This document shows, piece after piece, positions 53,534 through 64,000 of a stretch of 64,000 bases of DNA. This DNA comes from a virus (taxonomy: Duplodnaviria > Caudoviricetes), in IMG/VR virus record IMGVR_UViG_3300046733_000629; one strand, 5' to 3'. Both the position numbers and the translations under genes were made by a program. Under the pieces are notes generated by a model. The model ran no database searches and had not been told where the DNA came from. It was given only the letters and a program-made list of their open reading frames with translations. The number at the start of each line of letters is the position of its first letter. Within the stretch, counting starts at the first letter, position 1.

Positions 53534-53917
53534 ATGAGCAATATAATTGGATACACAACAATAGATCAACCATACACGAGCAGCAATCTATCTAATATAG
53601 ATTTAGCGAAGCGTGATCTGCTAAACCATTTCCATATCCGTAAAGGAGAGAAGTGGACAGATCCTGAGTTTGGTTGTGACTTACCTTTATACATATTTCA
53701 ACCTTTAGATGACATCACAATGGATGCTATCAAGGAAGAAGTATTTGCAGTAGTAAATTATGATCCAAGATTTGTAGTAGATGATACTAATATCATTGTT
53801 AATCAAGATGCTCACTATGTTACTATTAATGTAAAGCTAACATATGTACCAACAACAACTGCAATAGATTTGCAGATCAAATTCGATAACGAATTTCAAC
53901 AGAACGCAGAGTTTTAA
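53534..53917 (+). CDS. gp25: Baseplate wedge subunit (gp25-like)
   Basis: DLLNHFHIRKGEK..PEFG..L..IFQPL..V.YDPR. Confidence 0.9.
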   Translation: MSNIIGYTTIDQPYTSSNLSNIDLAKRDLLNHFHIRKGEKWTDPEFGCDLPLYIFQPLDDITMDAIKEEVFAVVNYDPRFVVDDTNIIVNQDAHYVTINVKLTYVPTTTAIDLQIKFDNEFQQNAEF

Positions 53918-53919
53918 TT

Positions 53920-56900
53920 ATGGCACAAAAAACTAGACAAACAAAATTATTTGCGGCAGAAGACTATACAGTTGTATATGAATCATATATTAATGCAAAC
54001 TTTCAAGCATTTGATTATGATACTATGCGATCAGCAATGGTCGAGTATGTACGTAACACATACCCAGAGAATTATAATGACTGGGTAGAATCAGCAGAAT
54101 TTGTATCACTACTAGATGTAGTTGCACAATTTGGACATAACTTAGCATACAGAGTAGACCTCAATGCAAGAAACAATTTCTTAACAACAGCCCAAAAACA
54201 AGAGTCAGTATATAAGCTGGCAGAGTTTTTAGGATATCAGCCAAGACGTAACGTGCCAGCGTATGGTGAGATGAAAGTTATTGCAGTTAAAACAAATGAA
54301 GCAGTTATTGGTAGTGCAGGAACAAGTTTAGGTGGAACTGAAGTTAAATATGAAATTACAAACAACTCAAGTAACTTAGATGATTTTATTACAGTATTAA
54401 ATGCATCAATGCAAAACAGTAATCAATATGGAAGTCCTACTAAAAGTTCAGTAATTAATAATATTAAAACAGATTTCTATGATTTAAATAATACACCAAA
54501 TCAAATTAAATTTGATGTTGAAGGTGTTGCACTTGGTAAGTCAGCAACGTTTAATATTGTTAACAGTGAATATGATAGTGTTAATAAAACATTCGTAGAA
54601 AAAATGCCAGACCCAGTAAGTTCGTTTGGAATTTATTTTAAAAATGACGGCAAAGGTATTAACAGTATTAATAGTGGATTCTTTGCAGGAGTTAAACAAG
54701 GATCATTAGCATACCAAGACTTTGTTATTTCAGATCCAATTGACAACGCAGTGCTTGATGTAACTGCAACAGACATCAACCAAAACGATGTATGGGTGCA
54801 GAACATTAACGATACTGGTAACGTTACTAAGCAATGGACAAAAGTTTCAGATGTAAATGGAAATGTAATTTATAATAATTTAGCTAACGGTGTTAGAGAT
54901 GTATACAGTGTTAAGACTAGAGAAAATAATCAAATTTCAATTGTGTTTCCAGATAGAGCATTTGGTAACATTCCAAAAGACACAATAAGAGTTTGGTATA
55001 GAACTAGTGCTAACAGTACATATGTTGTTAGACCAGATGACTTAACAAATAAAAAAGTACAAATAAATTATACAGGATTAGATGGAAACGTATACACACT
55101 TGTAATAACGCTACAACTAAAACAGCCAATTGCAAATGCAAGCTCAAATGAAACACTAGATAGTATTAGAGAAAATGCTCCTAGAAATTATGCTACACAA
55201 GATAGAATGATTACAGCAAGTGATTATAATACAATGCTTGGTGGTAGTAATGGTGGACTTATTAAAATTAAAAGTGTTAACAGAACATTCAGTGGACACA
55301 GTAGATATTCTAAATTTACAGACCCAACTGGTACGTATTCTGATTTATACTTACGTGGAAGCGATGCAGTAGTTTCGGAAAGCGAAAATTTAGTTTCGTA
55401 CTCAACATCAAGTTCAGATTCGTCAACACAAATATTTGAAAAATATGTTAAAAATATTATTGACAACGATGAATTTGTAAACTTATATTACACAAAATTT
55501 AAAACAACATTTGAAGGACTAGCAACTTCAGCAGGATATACTACAAACAAATTTACATGGGTTAGTCCTAGTACAACTGCAAGTGGTGCAAAGAATGGAT
55601 ATATTACGGATCCAAGCAATGCAGGATTAATTCAACGTGTGGGTGAAACTTCAGATACTTATATGAAGTATATAACACCAGGCGCATTAATTAAATTTAA
55701 AAAAGTAAATGGTGAAGAACTATGGTCTAAAGTTGTAAGTGTATCGATGAACGGATTAGGTATAGAAAACATTGGAGCACAAGCCGGTGCACCAACGGGC
55801 AAGCGTAAGGACGGTACAGGTGCAATTGTATTGGATAGTATTATTCCAGGACAAAGCACAATTGAAGTAATTTATCCAGCATTGTCTAGAAGATTTATTT
55901 CTAGAGAACGAGATATTATTAAAACATATTTAGATGCTAAAAGATCATTTAGTGTAAAATATAATTACAAAAATAAAAGTTGGGATGTTGTAAGTGAAAA
56001 CATTGGTAACATTAATGATGCATACCCAGATAATTTTGCACTAGGAAGTGATAGTTGGATTTTATATTTTGACTATACAGGCTCAGCATTTGATATTTAT
56101 TTGAGAACAATTAGATTTAATTTTACAAGTAGTTCAGTTAGATTAGGAAACATACAAAACGAATATGATTTAAGTTCGTATACTAAAAAAGCCAAACGTG
56201 ATCAAATAAAAATAGTTGATGCGGTTGATAATGCGATAGTAGAAACTGGAAAGTTTTTTGTATATGGATATGATCAGGCTAGCACTAACAATTATAGATT
56301 AGTATTAATAGATGGTAACGCAGATAGTAGACCAGATAATCCATTAGCATTCAATGAAGTAGTAGGATTTGGTAACACAACTAAATCAAATTTAAACTTT
56401 GAATGGCAACATGTTACTACAGATAATCAAGTAGTAGATCCTAGCTTTACAAATGTTATTGATGTGTTTGCATTAACTTCAGCATATGATACTAGTTATA
56501 AGAACTGGCTAAATGGTACAATTTCTACACAACCATCACCACCAACTAGCTATACATTATCGCAACAGTTTGGATCAGTTGAAGGCAAAAAAGCAATGAG
56601 TGATACTATTGTTTACAAGCCAGTTAAGTATAAACCAATATTTGGTACACATGCTGAACCAGAACTAAAAGCAAGATTTAGAATTATTAAATTATACGGA
56701 TCAAATATTACAGACAGTGATTTAAAATCAAAAACAGTAACAGCTATAAAGGAATTCTTTAGTTCATCAGAATGGGACTTTGGAGAGACTTTTTACTTTA
56801 CTGAGTTAGCGGCATACGTACACAAGGAACTAGCAGGTGTACTAAGTAGTTTTGTTATTGTACCACAAGGAACCGGAACAACATTTGGAGACTTATTTGA

Positions 56901-57003
56901 GTACACACCAAACACAGACGAAATGCTAATTGCAGATGTAACAGTAAATGAAATTGATATTATTCAAAACATTACAGACGAAAATATTAGAGCAGGAAGT
57001 TAA
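53920..57003 (+). CDS. gp6: Baseplate wedge subunit (gp6-like)
   Basis: F.A.D(Y/F)..MR, LA.FLGY.P, ETLDSIRENAP..YATQDRMITASDY. Confidence 0.85.
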   Translation: MAQKTRQTKLFAAEDYTVVYESYINANFQAFDYDTMRSAMVEYVRNTYPENYNDWVESAEFVSLLDVVAQFGHNLAYRVDLNARNNFLTTAQKQESVYKLAEFLGYQPRRNVPAYGEMKVIAVKTNEAVIGSAGTSLGGTEVKYEITNNSSNLDDFITVLNASMQNSNQYGSPTKSSVINNIKTDFYDLNNTPNQIKFDVEGVALGKSATFNIVNSEYDSVNKTFVEKMPDPVSSFGIYFKNDGKGINSINSGFFAGVKQGSLAYQDFVISDPIDNAVLDVTATDINQNDVWVQNINDTGNVTKQWTKVSDVNGNVIYNNLANGVRDVYSVKTRENNQISIVFPDRAFGNIPKDTIRVWYRTSANSTYVVRPDDLTNKKVQINYTGLDGNVYTLVITLQLKQPIANASSNETLDSIRENAPRNYATQDRMITASDYNTMLGGSNGGLIKIKSVNRTFSGHSRYSKFTDPTGTYSDLYLRGSDAVVSESENLVSYSTSSSDSSTQIFEKYVKNIIDNDEFVNLYYTKFKTTFEGLATSAGYTTNKFTWVSPSTTASGAKNGYITDPSNAGLIQRVGETSDTYMKYITPGALIKFKKVNGEELWSKVVSVSMNGLGIENIGAQAGAPTGKRKDGTGAIVLDSIIPGQSTIEVIYPALSRRFISRERDIIKTYLDAKRSFSVKYNYKNKSWDVVSENIGNINDAYPDNFALGSDSWILYFDYTGSAFDIYLRTIRFNFTSSSVRLGNIQNEYDLSSYTKKAKRDQIKIVDAVDNAIVETGKFFVYGYDQASTNNYRLVLIDGNADSRPDNPLAFNEVVGFGNTTKSNLNFEWQHVTTDNQVVDPSFTNVIDVFALTSAYDTSYKNWLNGTISTQPSPPTSYTLSQQFGSVEGKKAMSDTIVYKPVKYKPIFGTHAEPELKARFRIIKLYGSNITDSDLKSKTVTAIKEFFSSSEWDFGETFYFTELAAYVHKELAGVLSSFVIVPQGTGTTFGDLFEYTPNTDEMLIADVTVNEIDIIQNITDENIRAGS

Positions 57004-57006
57004 TAA

Positions 57007-60000
57007 ATGGCTAAGAAAAAAGCAGGACAATCTAAGGTAAACAATATAAAAACAAATAAGTTTTTACCAGGTGTATTTCAAACTGATCTAAATAAAAGTT
57101 GGTTAGATAGCACATTAGATCAAATGGTTTCTAAAGGACCACTTGATAACATTAATGGATACGTTGGATCTAGAAACGGTGCAACTGCAAATATTAATGA
57201 CTCTTATATTGAACCAAAGTTTCATATACCTCTTAGACGTAAGTCTCAACTAAAGCCAGGTGTTGTTAGTTATGATGATGATTTAAAAATAACTAATCAA
57301 CTTACTATAGATGACATTGCTCATTCTATTAACACAAATTTTGATGCATACAATTATAACTCTGCATACAATACAGAAATATATTCATACAGCCCACCAG
57401 TTGATGTTGACAAATTAGTTAACTTTAAAAATTATATTTGGGCAGAAGAGTTACCAGTATACGAAAGTATATACACGGGTGCTAGTAAAAATCCATTAGT
57501 AGATTCTAGACATCGTACATTATACACATTAACAGATGATAATAATACGTTCAGCGTTGAAGACCATATGCTTATTAAGTTTACTGGTTCAGGTTGGGAT
57601 GTAGCTGTTAAAGACAAAACATTTATTGTAACTGGTGTTGGTACATTTGTTACATTTGAAGAATTCAGAGATGAGAACACTAGAAGAGTATATCACAGTG
57701 TTGTACCTCACACACAAAATAATGATGGTATATGGGACGACAGTAAAGTTCATCGTGTCATCCCAAATAAGCAAAACAAATACTGGCAAGCCGGAGCAAG
57801 AAACTTTTTAACATTAATTAATGATTATAATAATGATGCTAGCCAGCTACCAATCTTTGATGGCTTTCATTTTACAGACTTAAACTCTAATGCAACTCAA
57901 TTAGTTGAAGGTGTGTTAATTAGATTTGATTCTGATGATTGGTTTTATAATAATGCAGAACAAAAAGAAAACATATACATTGTTGATAAATTTCCAAATG
58001 GATTATTATCACTTAGAGAAGTTGTAAAAGCAACATGGAGTGTAGACCATTGGACACTTTCTACAAGTCCAAGTGCTAAAGCAAGTGACATTGCAAAACT
58101 AAAAAACATAGCAAAGTTTGATATGAATGGCGAACTTGCGTGGGACTTTGGATTACCAGTTGAACCTATTTTAGATTATATAGTAATTGCTAAAGAAGAT
58201 TTATTTCATACAGCATGGAGCAGAGCTAACCACTGGGTAAACATCAGTACAGTTAGAAAACTAATGACGTTGTTACCTGATTATAACTTTGACGACATCC
58301 TATCAAATAAACGTAGAGCAAAAAGACCAATCATTGAATACAATGCAGGCATTAACTTACACAACAATGCAAGGCATCACGATTATGAAGATGACCCAAC
58401 ATACATTGGTGCAATAGACTTTGGTGTAACAGCAGGTGACGATATTAGCATCTTGCCAGTGGGATCAACATATGTTTACATAGATAGCACCCAAGATAAA
58501 GTTTATAAGTCAACAACTACTACACCAACTACAGTGCTTACAATGTCAAATAATTATTGCTTAACAATTAAGAGTGTACTAAATGCAAACAAACTTAATT
58601 GGCAACACAGTGACGTATGGTACGTTAACAATAAATTTACTCTAGCACAACAAAAAACAAAAGTCAACCAATATCCGCTTTATAAATTCTTTACAGATGA
58701 AGGCGTTGCATTTGAAGATATAGTAGGTACAAACTTTACAGGTGATAAAATATTTGGATACAAAGAAGGCACTGGTGCAATTGATCCAGAACTTGGATTA
58801 CAATTAAGTTATAAAGATTCTCCAAAAGGTGCTGAATATGAATTTGAGAATTTTATTTTAACAAGCAAATATAAAAATACATTACAAAATGCAGAGAATC
58901 CAAAAATAACATTTAATAAATCAGGACAAGGTTATAACTTATATAAAAGATATGACAAACTTGAAACTGTTTACAGACAGTCTGGAATGCCAGCTGGCGC
59001 ATTAACAACTGAACAATATAAAATTACAATAGGCGATAACAACTTAACTATTCCATATGGATATGATAATTGGGACAGAACACATGCATTTGTATTACAC
59101 AAGAAAAATGATAAGTTTACTTTGTCAAGATTAAATGTAGACACGGGCGAATTTTTAGAACAAGATGTTCCGTCTATACAAACAATACGTAAAAATACTA
59201 ATATTAAAATACATAACTTAACAACTGAAACTATACAATATTTCCTTCCAGGTAACATTCAAGTTACGCCAACTACAAGTTCACAGACTGTTGGCGGATT
59301 GGTAATTGAAAAAGATGCAAACAATGTTGTTGAGTTTTCATTAACTACTGACAATGTTAGTATTGTTGTTGAAGGTAAAGTATTATCAATGATTACTTCA
59401 ATTGATAATCAAGATGATTTAAATTATTCAATAACAAATAACGGAAATAAAATTAACGATTCGTACATTACAATAAACAATAATAATATTGTAATAAGTG
59501 AATTTGCATTTAAAGAAAATGATATAATTGATTTTAGTTTTAGAAGCAATGAAAATAAAACAGCTACAACAATTAGCTACCCAGAAGTTATGGAACACAA
59601 TGTACATAATGAATCAATAAAAACGTTTACAATAAGCGAGACACTTGAACATTGGGTTAGTAAATTAAATGTTAATCCAAATTTTGATGGCAACTCGTTT
59701 TCAGAAAATAATTATAGTAGTATAACACATACACCATATTATGGTGGAACATTATATATGCGTAAGCATGATAGTATAATGCACGACATTAATTATTCAA
59801 ATGAGAATATAGATGTTACTGGTTCATTAGTTGAACAAGGTGCAGATTGGATTTCATTTAGAAACAGAGTACTAGCACAAGTAAAAAGATTATATCAAAT
59901 TAATCCTTATACAGATATTAAAAGTATAACAGATGATTCAATTAGTGAGATATTAAAAAATAAAAGAACTATTGACTTACATAAAACTTCTAACATGTTA

Positions 60001-63000
60001 TATGCAGAAGCTGAAGTAACGCAGACTATAAAAATTACTGATACAAGTGTTTTAGCATATAAAACAAATTACACATTCAACGGTGATTTAAATATTAGAG
60101 ATCATGTATATGTTTATCTTACTGACGCAAACGGAAAAGTAATATTACAAAAAGATACAAACTATACAATGATTGGAGATACAATTTATCTAACAAGTTT
60201 AAGTAATACTGCTACTGAACTAGAAGTAGTATATCATAACATGGACTCAGATAGTTTTGTTCCAGCAAGTTTAACTAAGCTAGGATTATCAAAAGGTTAT
60301 AGACCAATTGTAAGTAACAATGTATTATATACACATGATGGTTATGAATATAATTTAACAAGTACTGCTAACGTAACAGATATTACATCAGCAAACTTTG
60401 ATGTAGTGCATGCAGTATTATTAGATATGGAAAATAGAATATACGCTGGTCTTGTATTACAAGATACAATGTATGATAAAAAGCAATATGCTTCATACAC
60501 AGACTTCTTGCCTAACACGCAACACAGTACATGGTATACATTAAACATTTTAAATAATTATACAGAAAAGTTTTATACAAAATGGGCAAGTATAAGAAAT
60601 GTAAATGAAACTAATATATACGACCAAGCTGATAAGTTCACATGGAACTACAGTACAATACAGTTTGATAACTTTAAAACACCAGGACATTACAAAGGAG
60701 TATACACACTTCTGTTTGGTACAGCAACACCACATTTAACTCCTTGGCATATGCTAGGATTTGGATTCAAACCAACATGGTGGGATGCAAACTATAGTTG
60801 GACAGATGCAACTAAACGTACAGCATTAATTAATGCGTTAACAAATGGTATAGTATCTCAGCCAAGCCAGCCAGTAGAACAAGATTTAAAATACGCTAGG
60901 TTTAATTGGGAGTGGTCAACTAGATGCCCAGTAACAACAACAGGTGTACTGGAAGATCCAACAACAGTAATTGGTTTACCTAACTCAGCTGATGCGGCAC
61001 AAGACTTTGTATTTGGTGATTACGGACCTACAGAATATATGTGGAGAAACTCTGCAGAAGGACAAGCAACAATGATTGACGCTGTTCTAAAATTAAATCC
61101 AACTACAGCATGGACTAGTTTCTTCCAGCCAGGATTTGTAAAAGAAAGTATTAATGGATTACCACAAACTTATTATGATAAGCAATTAACTGCAACAGCA
61201 AAATATAAAGTACCGGGCATAGTTTATGATAAAACTATTACAAAAGTAACAGTATCAAACTCGCCGAGCGGACTAACAACTGATTCAGAATTTATTATTA
61301 TTGATGACTTTACAAGTTCAAAAGCACGTGCTAAATTTAAAATAACATATGGAAAAATTACTAGTGTTAGTTTAATTGATCGTGGAATTAATTTCACAGG
61401 CGATCCTATTGCAGTACATAAACTTGGCACCGACATTCAACCAATAACAATAGACTTTAAAGTTAATGAAATTCCATTTGTTGCAAACGGAATAGCACAA
61501 GCACAATATAACTTTGCACAACGAAATCAAAAAGATGTAAATCATGAACAACTTTATAAAAACTTAACAACTAAACTAATACAAAAAGTTGGTGGGTTTA
61601 CTAGCAAACATTTATTAAATGTATTTGCTGAAAGCAGTGTTAATGGTGATTTTCAATTTGGTCAAGCAGACTTTGATGTTACTATGTATACCGGTAAGCC
61701 AACACAACTTGTAACAGCAAGTGCATTGTTTATTACTAAAGATATTGCTGGTTACAAAGTTAATGGTATAAGCAACAACAAACAAGAATTTAATTTTTAT
61801 GAACCAAACACAACAGGTTTAGAATATGATGAACTAACAATAGCTAACTCATCAGTTAAGAGATATAAAAGATTTGTTTCTACTCCAAGTGTTATTGAGT
61901 ATAATGCACCTGTAGAAAAAATACAAGATGTTTATAACTTTATACGAGGCTATTGGATGTGGATGGAAACAAATGGATACACATTAGAATTTGACAAAGA
62001 CAGTTCGGCTGCAGACTTTGTAGGCTGGGCTAAGACAGCTGATGACAATGACATTTATGTTTTACAAATAGGTAGAAAGATTTCGTTTAAACCAACACAC
62101 GGAACAGTACTTGAATATAATAAATTAACATACAGTAACAATGACGTACTATCAATATATAATAAAAAACTAGACAACAGTGATCTAAGTATTGATAGAA
62201 AAGAAGGTGTTGCTTACATAGAAACAAAAGATAAAGAATTTATTGGAAGCATCACAAGTGCAGTAGTAGATTATGAACATGCAATTATATTTGAAAAGAA
62301 AACTAACCTTGGTGTTGATGTATTTGATGATGTAAAAGATAAAGTACAAAATAGATTGTTAATTAAAGGACAACGAACACAAGACTGGAACGGTGAGAAG
62401 AAAGCACCAGGATATTTAGTACTAGATAATCATATTGTTGAAAATATTGATAGTGCAGTACAAAGTATAGATGACATTTATAGAACTGATGTTGATGAAT
62501 TTAATTCAGCATTAGGAAAAGCAAAAGACCTGACAATAGGAAACATAGAAAAAACATGGACACAAGATTTGGGATTAAACAAAAACGTAATCACAAAGAT
62601 GCATCAAGGACTAATAGGAAATACAGGTACAACTACAGCGTTAGATAAAATTGGTAGATCAAATATATTAAATGAAAACGGAACTGATATTTCAGTATAC
62701 GAACAATATATGTTTAGACAATCAGAATTAGGTAACAATGACATTGAAGAACCTTTTGAATTTGAAATTACATCTTCTGATATTTCTTCATCACCGCAGA
62801 TTATTGCATTAGATGATTCAGTTGTTGATCCAGTTGAATTATTAAATGTACTACCGGAAAAGATTGTTAACAATAAAGACTTAACATTTGATACTAAGTC
62901 TTTTGGTAGTAGTATGGTTGATATACTTACAGGCGGTGAGCCGCTTTCAACAGAAACAAAATATAAAATACTTAATGCAGATCAATTATCTACTGTATGG

Positions 63001-64000
63001 GATTCAAGTGCATCATATGCAACTATTCCAACTTGGAATAATTATACAAGTTATAAACTAGGCGACGAAGTTAGACACGAAGGTAAATTATGGGAATGTC
63101 AAGTTGACTACACAGGTAAGACAGAAATAACAGCAAACATAGAATTAAAAGCTAGAAACGCAGGAATAGCATTTCCTAGTGGAACAGTTGCAACTGTAGC
63201 TGGAACAACAACTACGTTTGCTCAAACAAAAACAGAATATCAAGATATAGTAGCAGTAGGAAGTACAACTAATCCTACATTTGCTCCAACAGAAACTTTA
63301 CTAATAGATGGCATTGGAGTAGGCTTCAGTAAGTCACAAGAAGTTCCAGTAGTTACTGGACCAGCAGTTATAAGAGCAAACTCAGGACCAAAACAGTTTA
63401 CAGATGTAACAGGAAAGAATATTACTATTAATGGAGTGTTAGTTGACTTTGATACTACTCCACAGGATATTATTGAAAACTTTACAGGTGTTGATAATGG
63501 AGTAGCACCAGCAGTTGATCTTGAAGATACATTTACATTAGCAACTACACTAAGTCCAAATACATACGGTATTTCAAGTGTAACAGTTGACGGCTCAGTA
63601 ACAACAGCATACTCGGTGAGTGGACAAGATATTATATTTACAACTGCACCAACAGTCGGAGCTGCAATTGTTGTAACACTTGTACATGTTGCAAATCAAA
63701 TGTCAACAACTGACATTAGAGATTTTATTAACAACGCAGGTATCACAGGTGTAACTGCTAGCTTAGTAACAAGTTTTGACTTATTAGAATTATCATATAA
63801 TACAAATACAGTAGGAGATAACTTAGTATTATCTGCATCAACAACAAATGTAGACTTAGGATTTCCATCAAGTGGTGCAACAGTACAAGCACCTAGTGAA
63901 CTTCAACAACAAAATGCTAACTTAGTACTGTCAGATATTGTTACACAAATTAATGCTACAAACGGATTAGAGTTAGTAATAGCAGACGAATTTAATAACG
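57007..64000 (+). CDS. Giant baseplate wedge protein (gp7-like), partial, >2,330 aa
   Basis: ATG 57007 (MAKKKAGQ...FLPGVFQTDLNK); absent from the ORF track because no stop lies in the window; frame checked open near 63000 and at 64000. Confidence 0.7.
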   Translation, partial: MAKKKAGQSKVNNIKTNKFLPGVFQTDLNKSWLDSTLDQMVSKGPLDNINGYVGSRNGATANINDSYIEPKFHIPLRRKSQLKPGVVSYDDDLKITNQLTIDDIAHSINTNFDAYNYNSAYNTEIYSYSPPVDVDKLVNFKNYIWAEELPVYESIYTGASKNPLVDSRHRTLYTLTDDNNTFSVEDHMLIKFTGSGWDVAVKDKTFIVTGVGTFVTFEEFRDENTRRVYHSVVPHTQNNDGIWDDSKVHRVIPNKQNKYWQAGARNFLTLINDYNNDASQLPIFDGFHFTDLNSNATQLVEGVLIRFDSDDWFYNNAEQKENIYIVDKFPNGLLSLREVVKATWSVDHWTLSTSPSAKASDIAKLKNIAKFDMNGELAWDFGLPVEPILDYIVIAKEDLFHTAWSRANHWVNISTVRKLMTLLPDYNFDDILSNKRRAKRPIIEYNAGINLHNNARHHDYEDDPTYIGAIDFGVTAGDDISILPVGSTYVYIDSTQDKVYKSTTTTPTTVLTMSNNYCLTIKSVLNANKLNWQHSDVWYVNNKFTLAQQKTKVNQYPLYKFFTDEGVAFEDIVGTNFTGDKIFGYKEGTGAIDPELGLQLSYKDSPKGAEYEFENFILTSKYKNTLQNAENPKITFNKSGQGYNLYKRYDKLETVYRQSGMPAGALTTEQYKITIGDNNLTIPYGYDNWDRTHAFVLHKKNDKFTLSRLNVDTGEFLEQDVPSIQTIRKNTNIKIHNLTTETIQYFLPGNIQVTPTTSSQTVGGLVIEKDANNVVEFSLTTDNVSIVVEGKVLSMITSIDNQDDLNYSITNNGNKINDSYITINNNNIVISEFAFKENDIIDFSFRSNENKTATTISYPEVMEHNVHNESIKTFTISETLEHWVSKLNVNPNFDGNSFSENNYSSITHTPYYGGTLYMRKHDSIMHDINYSNENIDVTGSLVEQGADWISFRNRVLAQVKRLYQINPYTDIKSITDDSISEILKNKRTIDLHKTSNMLYAEAEVTQTIKITDTSVLAYKTNYTFNGDLNIRDHVYVYLTDANGKVILQKDTNYTMIGDTIYLTSLSNTATELEVVYHNMDSDSFVPASLTKLGLSKGYRPIVSNNVLYTHDGYEYNLTSTANVTDITSANFDVVHAVLLDMENRIYAGLVLQDTMYDKKQYASYTDFLPNTQHSTWYTLNILNNYTEKFYTKWASIRNVNETNIYDQADKFTWNYSTIQFDNFKTPGHYKGVYTLLFGTATPHLTPWHMLGFGFKPTWWDANYSWTDATKRTALINALTNGIVSQPSQPVEQDLKYARFNWEWSTRCPVTTTGVLEDPTTVIGLPNSADAAQDFVFGDYGPTEYMWRNSAEGQATMIDAVLKLNPTTAWTSFFQPGFVKESINGLPQTYYDKQLTATAKYKVPGIVYDKTITKVTVSNSPSGLTTDSEFIIIDDFTSSKARAKFKITYGKITSVSLIDRGINFTGDPIAVHKLGTDIQPITIDFKVNEIPFVANGIAQAQYNFAQRNQKDVNHEQLYKNLTTKLIQKVGGFTSKHLLNVFAESSVNGDFQFGQADFDVTMYTGKPTQLVTASALFITKDIAGYKVNGISNNKQEFNFYEPNTTGLEYDELTIANSSVKRYKRFVSTPSVIEYNAPVEKIQDVYNFIRGYWMWMETNGYTLEFDKDSSAADFVGWAKTADDNDIYVLQIGRKISFKPTHGTVLEYNKLTYSNNDVLSIYNKKLDNSDLSIDRKEGVAYIETKDKEFIGSITSAVVDYEHAIIFEKKTNLGVDVFDDVKDKVQNRLLIKGQRTQDWNGEKKAPGYLVLDNHIVENIDSAVQSIDDIYRTDVDEFNSALGKAKDLTIGNIEKTWTQDLGLNKNVITKMHQGLIGNTGTTTALDKIGRSNILNENGTDISVYEQYMFRQSELGNNDIEEPFEFEITSSDISSSPQIIALDDSVVDPVELLNVLPEKIVNNKDLTFDTKSFGSSMVDILTGGEPLSTETKYKILNADQLSTVWDSSASYATIPTWNNYTSYKLGDEVRHEGKLWECQVDYTGKTEITANIELKARNAGIAFPSGTVATVAGTTTTFAQTKTEYQDIVAVGSTTNPTFAPTETLLIDGIGVGFSKSQEVPVVTGPAVIRANSGPKQFTDVTGKNITINGVLVDFDTTPQDIIENFTGVDNGVAPAVDLEDTFTLATTLSPNTYGISSVTVDGSVTTAYSVSGQDIIFTTAPTVGAAIVVTLVHVANQMSTTDIRDFINNAGITGVTASLVTSFDLLELSYNTNTVGDNLVLSASTTNVDLGFPSSGATVQAPSELQQQNANLVLSDIVTQINATNGLELVIADEFNN

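Noticed and set aside
1-64000. CRISPR or TIGR-type arrays, DGR, introns/inteins, integrase or invertase systems
   Set aside because: No regularly spaced repeat-spacer array, reverse transcriptase or recombinase seen; gp20, gp23, gp46 and gp47 have ordinary lengths; repeats are confined to fibre coding modules

Overview
64 kb of an AT-rich, large T4-like myovirus genome, probably an uncultured aquatic clade (host not determinable here). It carries most of the morphogenesis genes: neck gp13/14/15, a seven-gene fibre/decoration cluster, head genes gp23-22-21-core-gp20, two tape-measure-like paralogues, gp26/gp51-like chaperones, and a baseplate operon running off the right edge in a >2,300-aa wedge protein. 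It also carries gp46/gp47, late sigma gp55, dNMP kinase, a tRNA-Trp and accessory genes (halogenase-like enzyme, SbmA/BacA, three 2OG-Fe(II) oxygenases, glycosyltransferases, SGNH, NUDIX). Two promoter classes are readable by eye: eight sigma70-type TTGACN-17bp-TANNNT sites, all on the minus strand, and many (A)TAAATA late sites. The most interesting signals lie outside the ORF track: (1) a ~217-nt structured RNA with its own promoter and terminator (29903-30119); (2) a ~600-nt structured RNA region directly behind the GIY-YIG gene (42075-42678); (3) a candidate Trp leader-peptide attenuator in front of tRNA-Trp (30488-30675); (4) a T-TTT-TTC slippery site plus hairpin that would fuse the gp26- and gp51-like ORFs by -1 frameshift (41383-41416). 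All annotations and folds were made by eye from motifs; no searches or folding programs were run.
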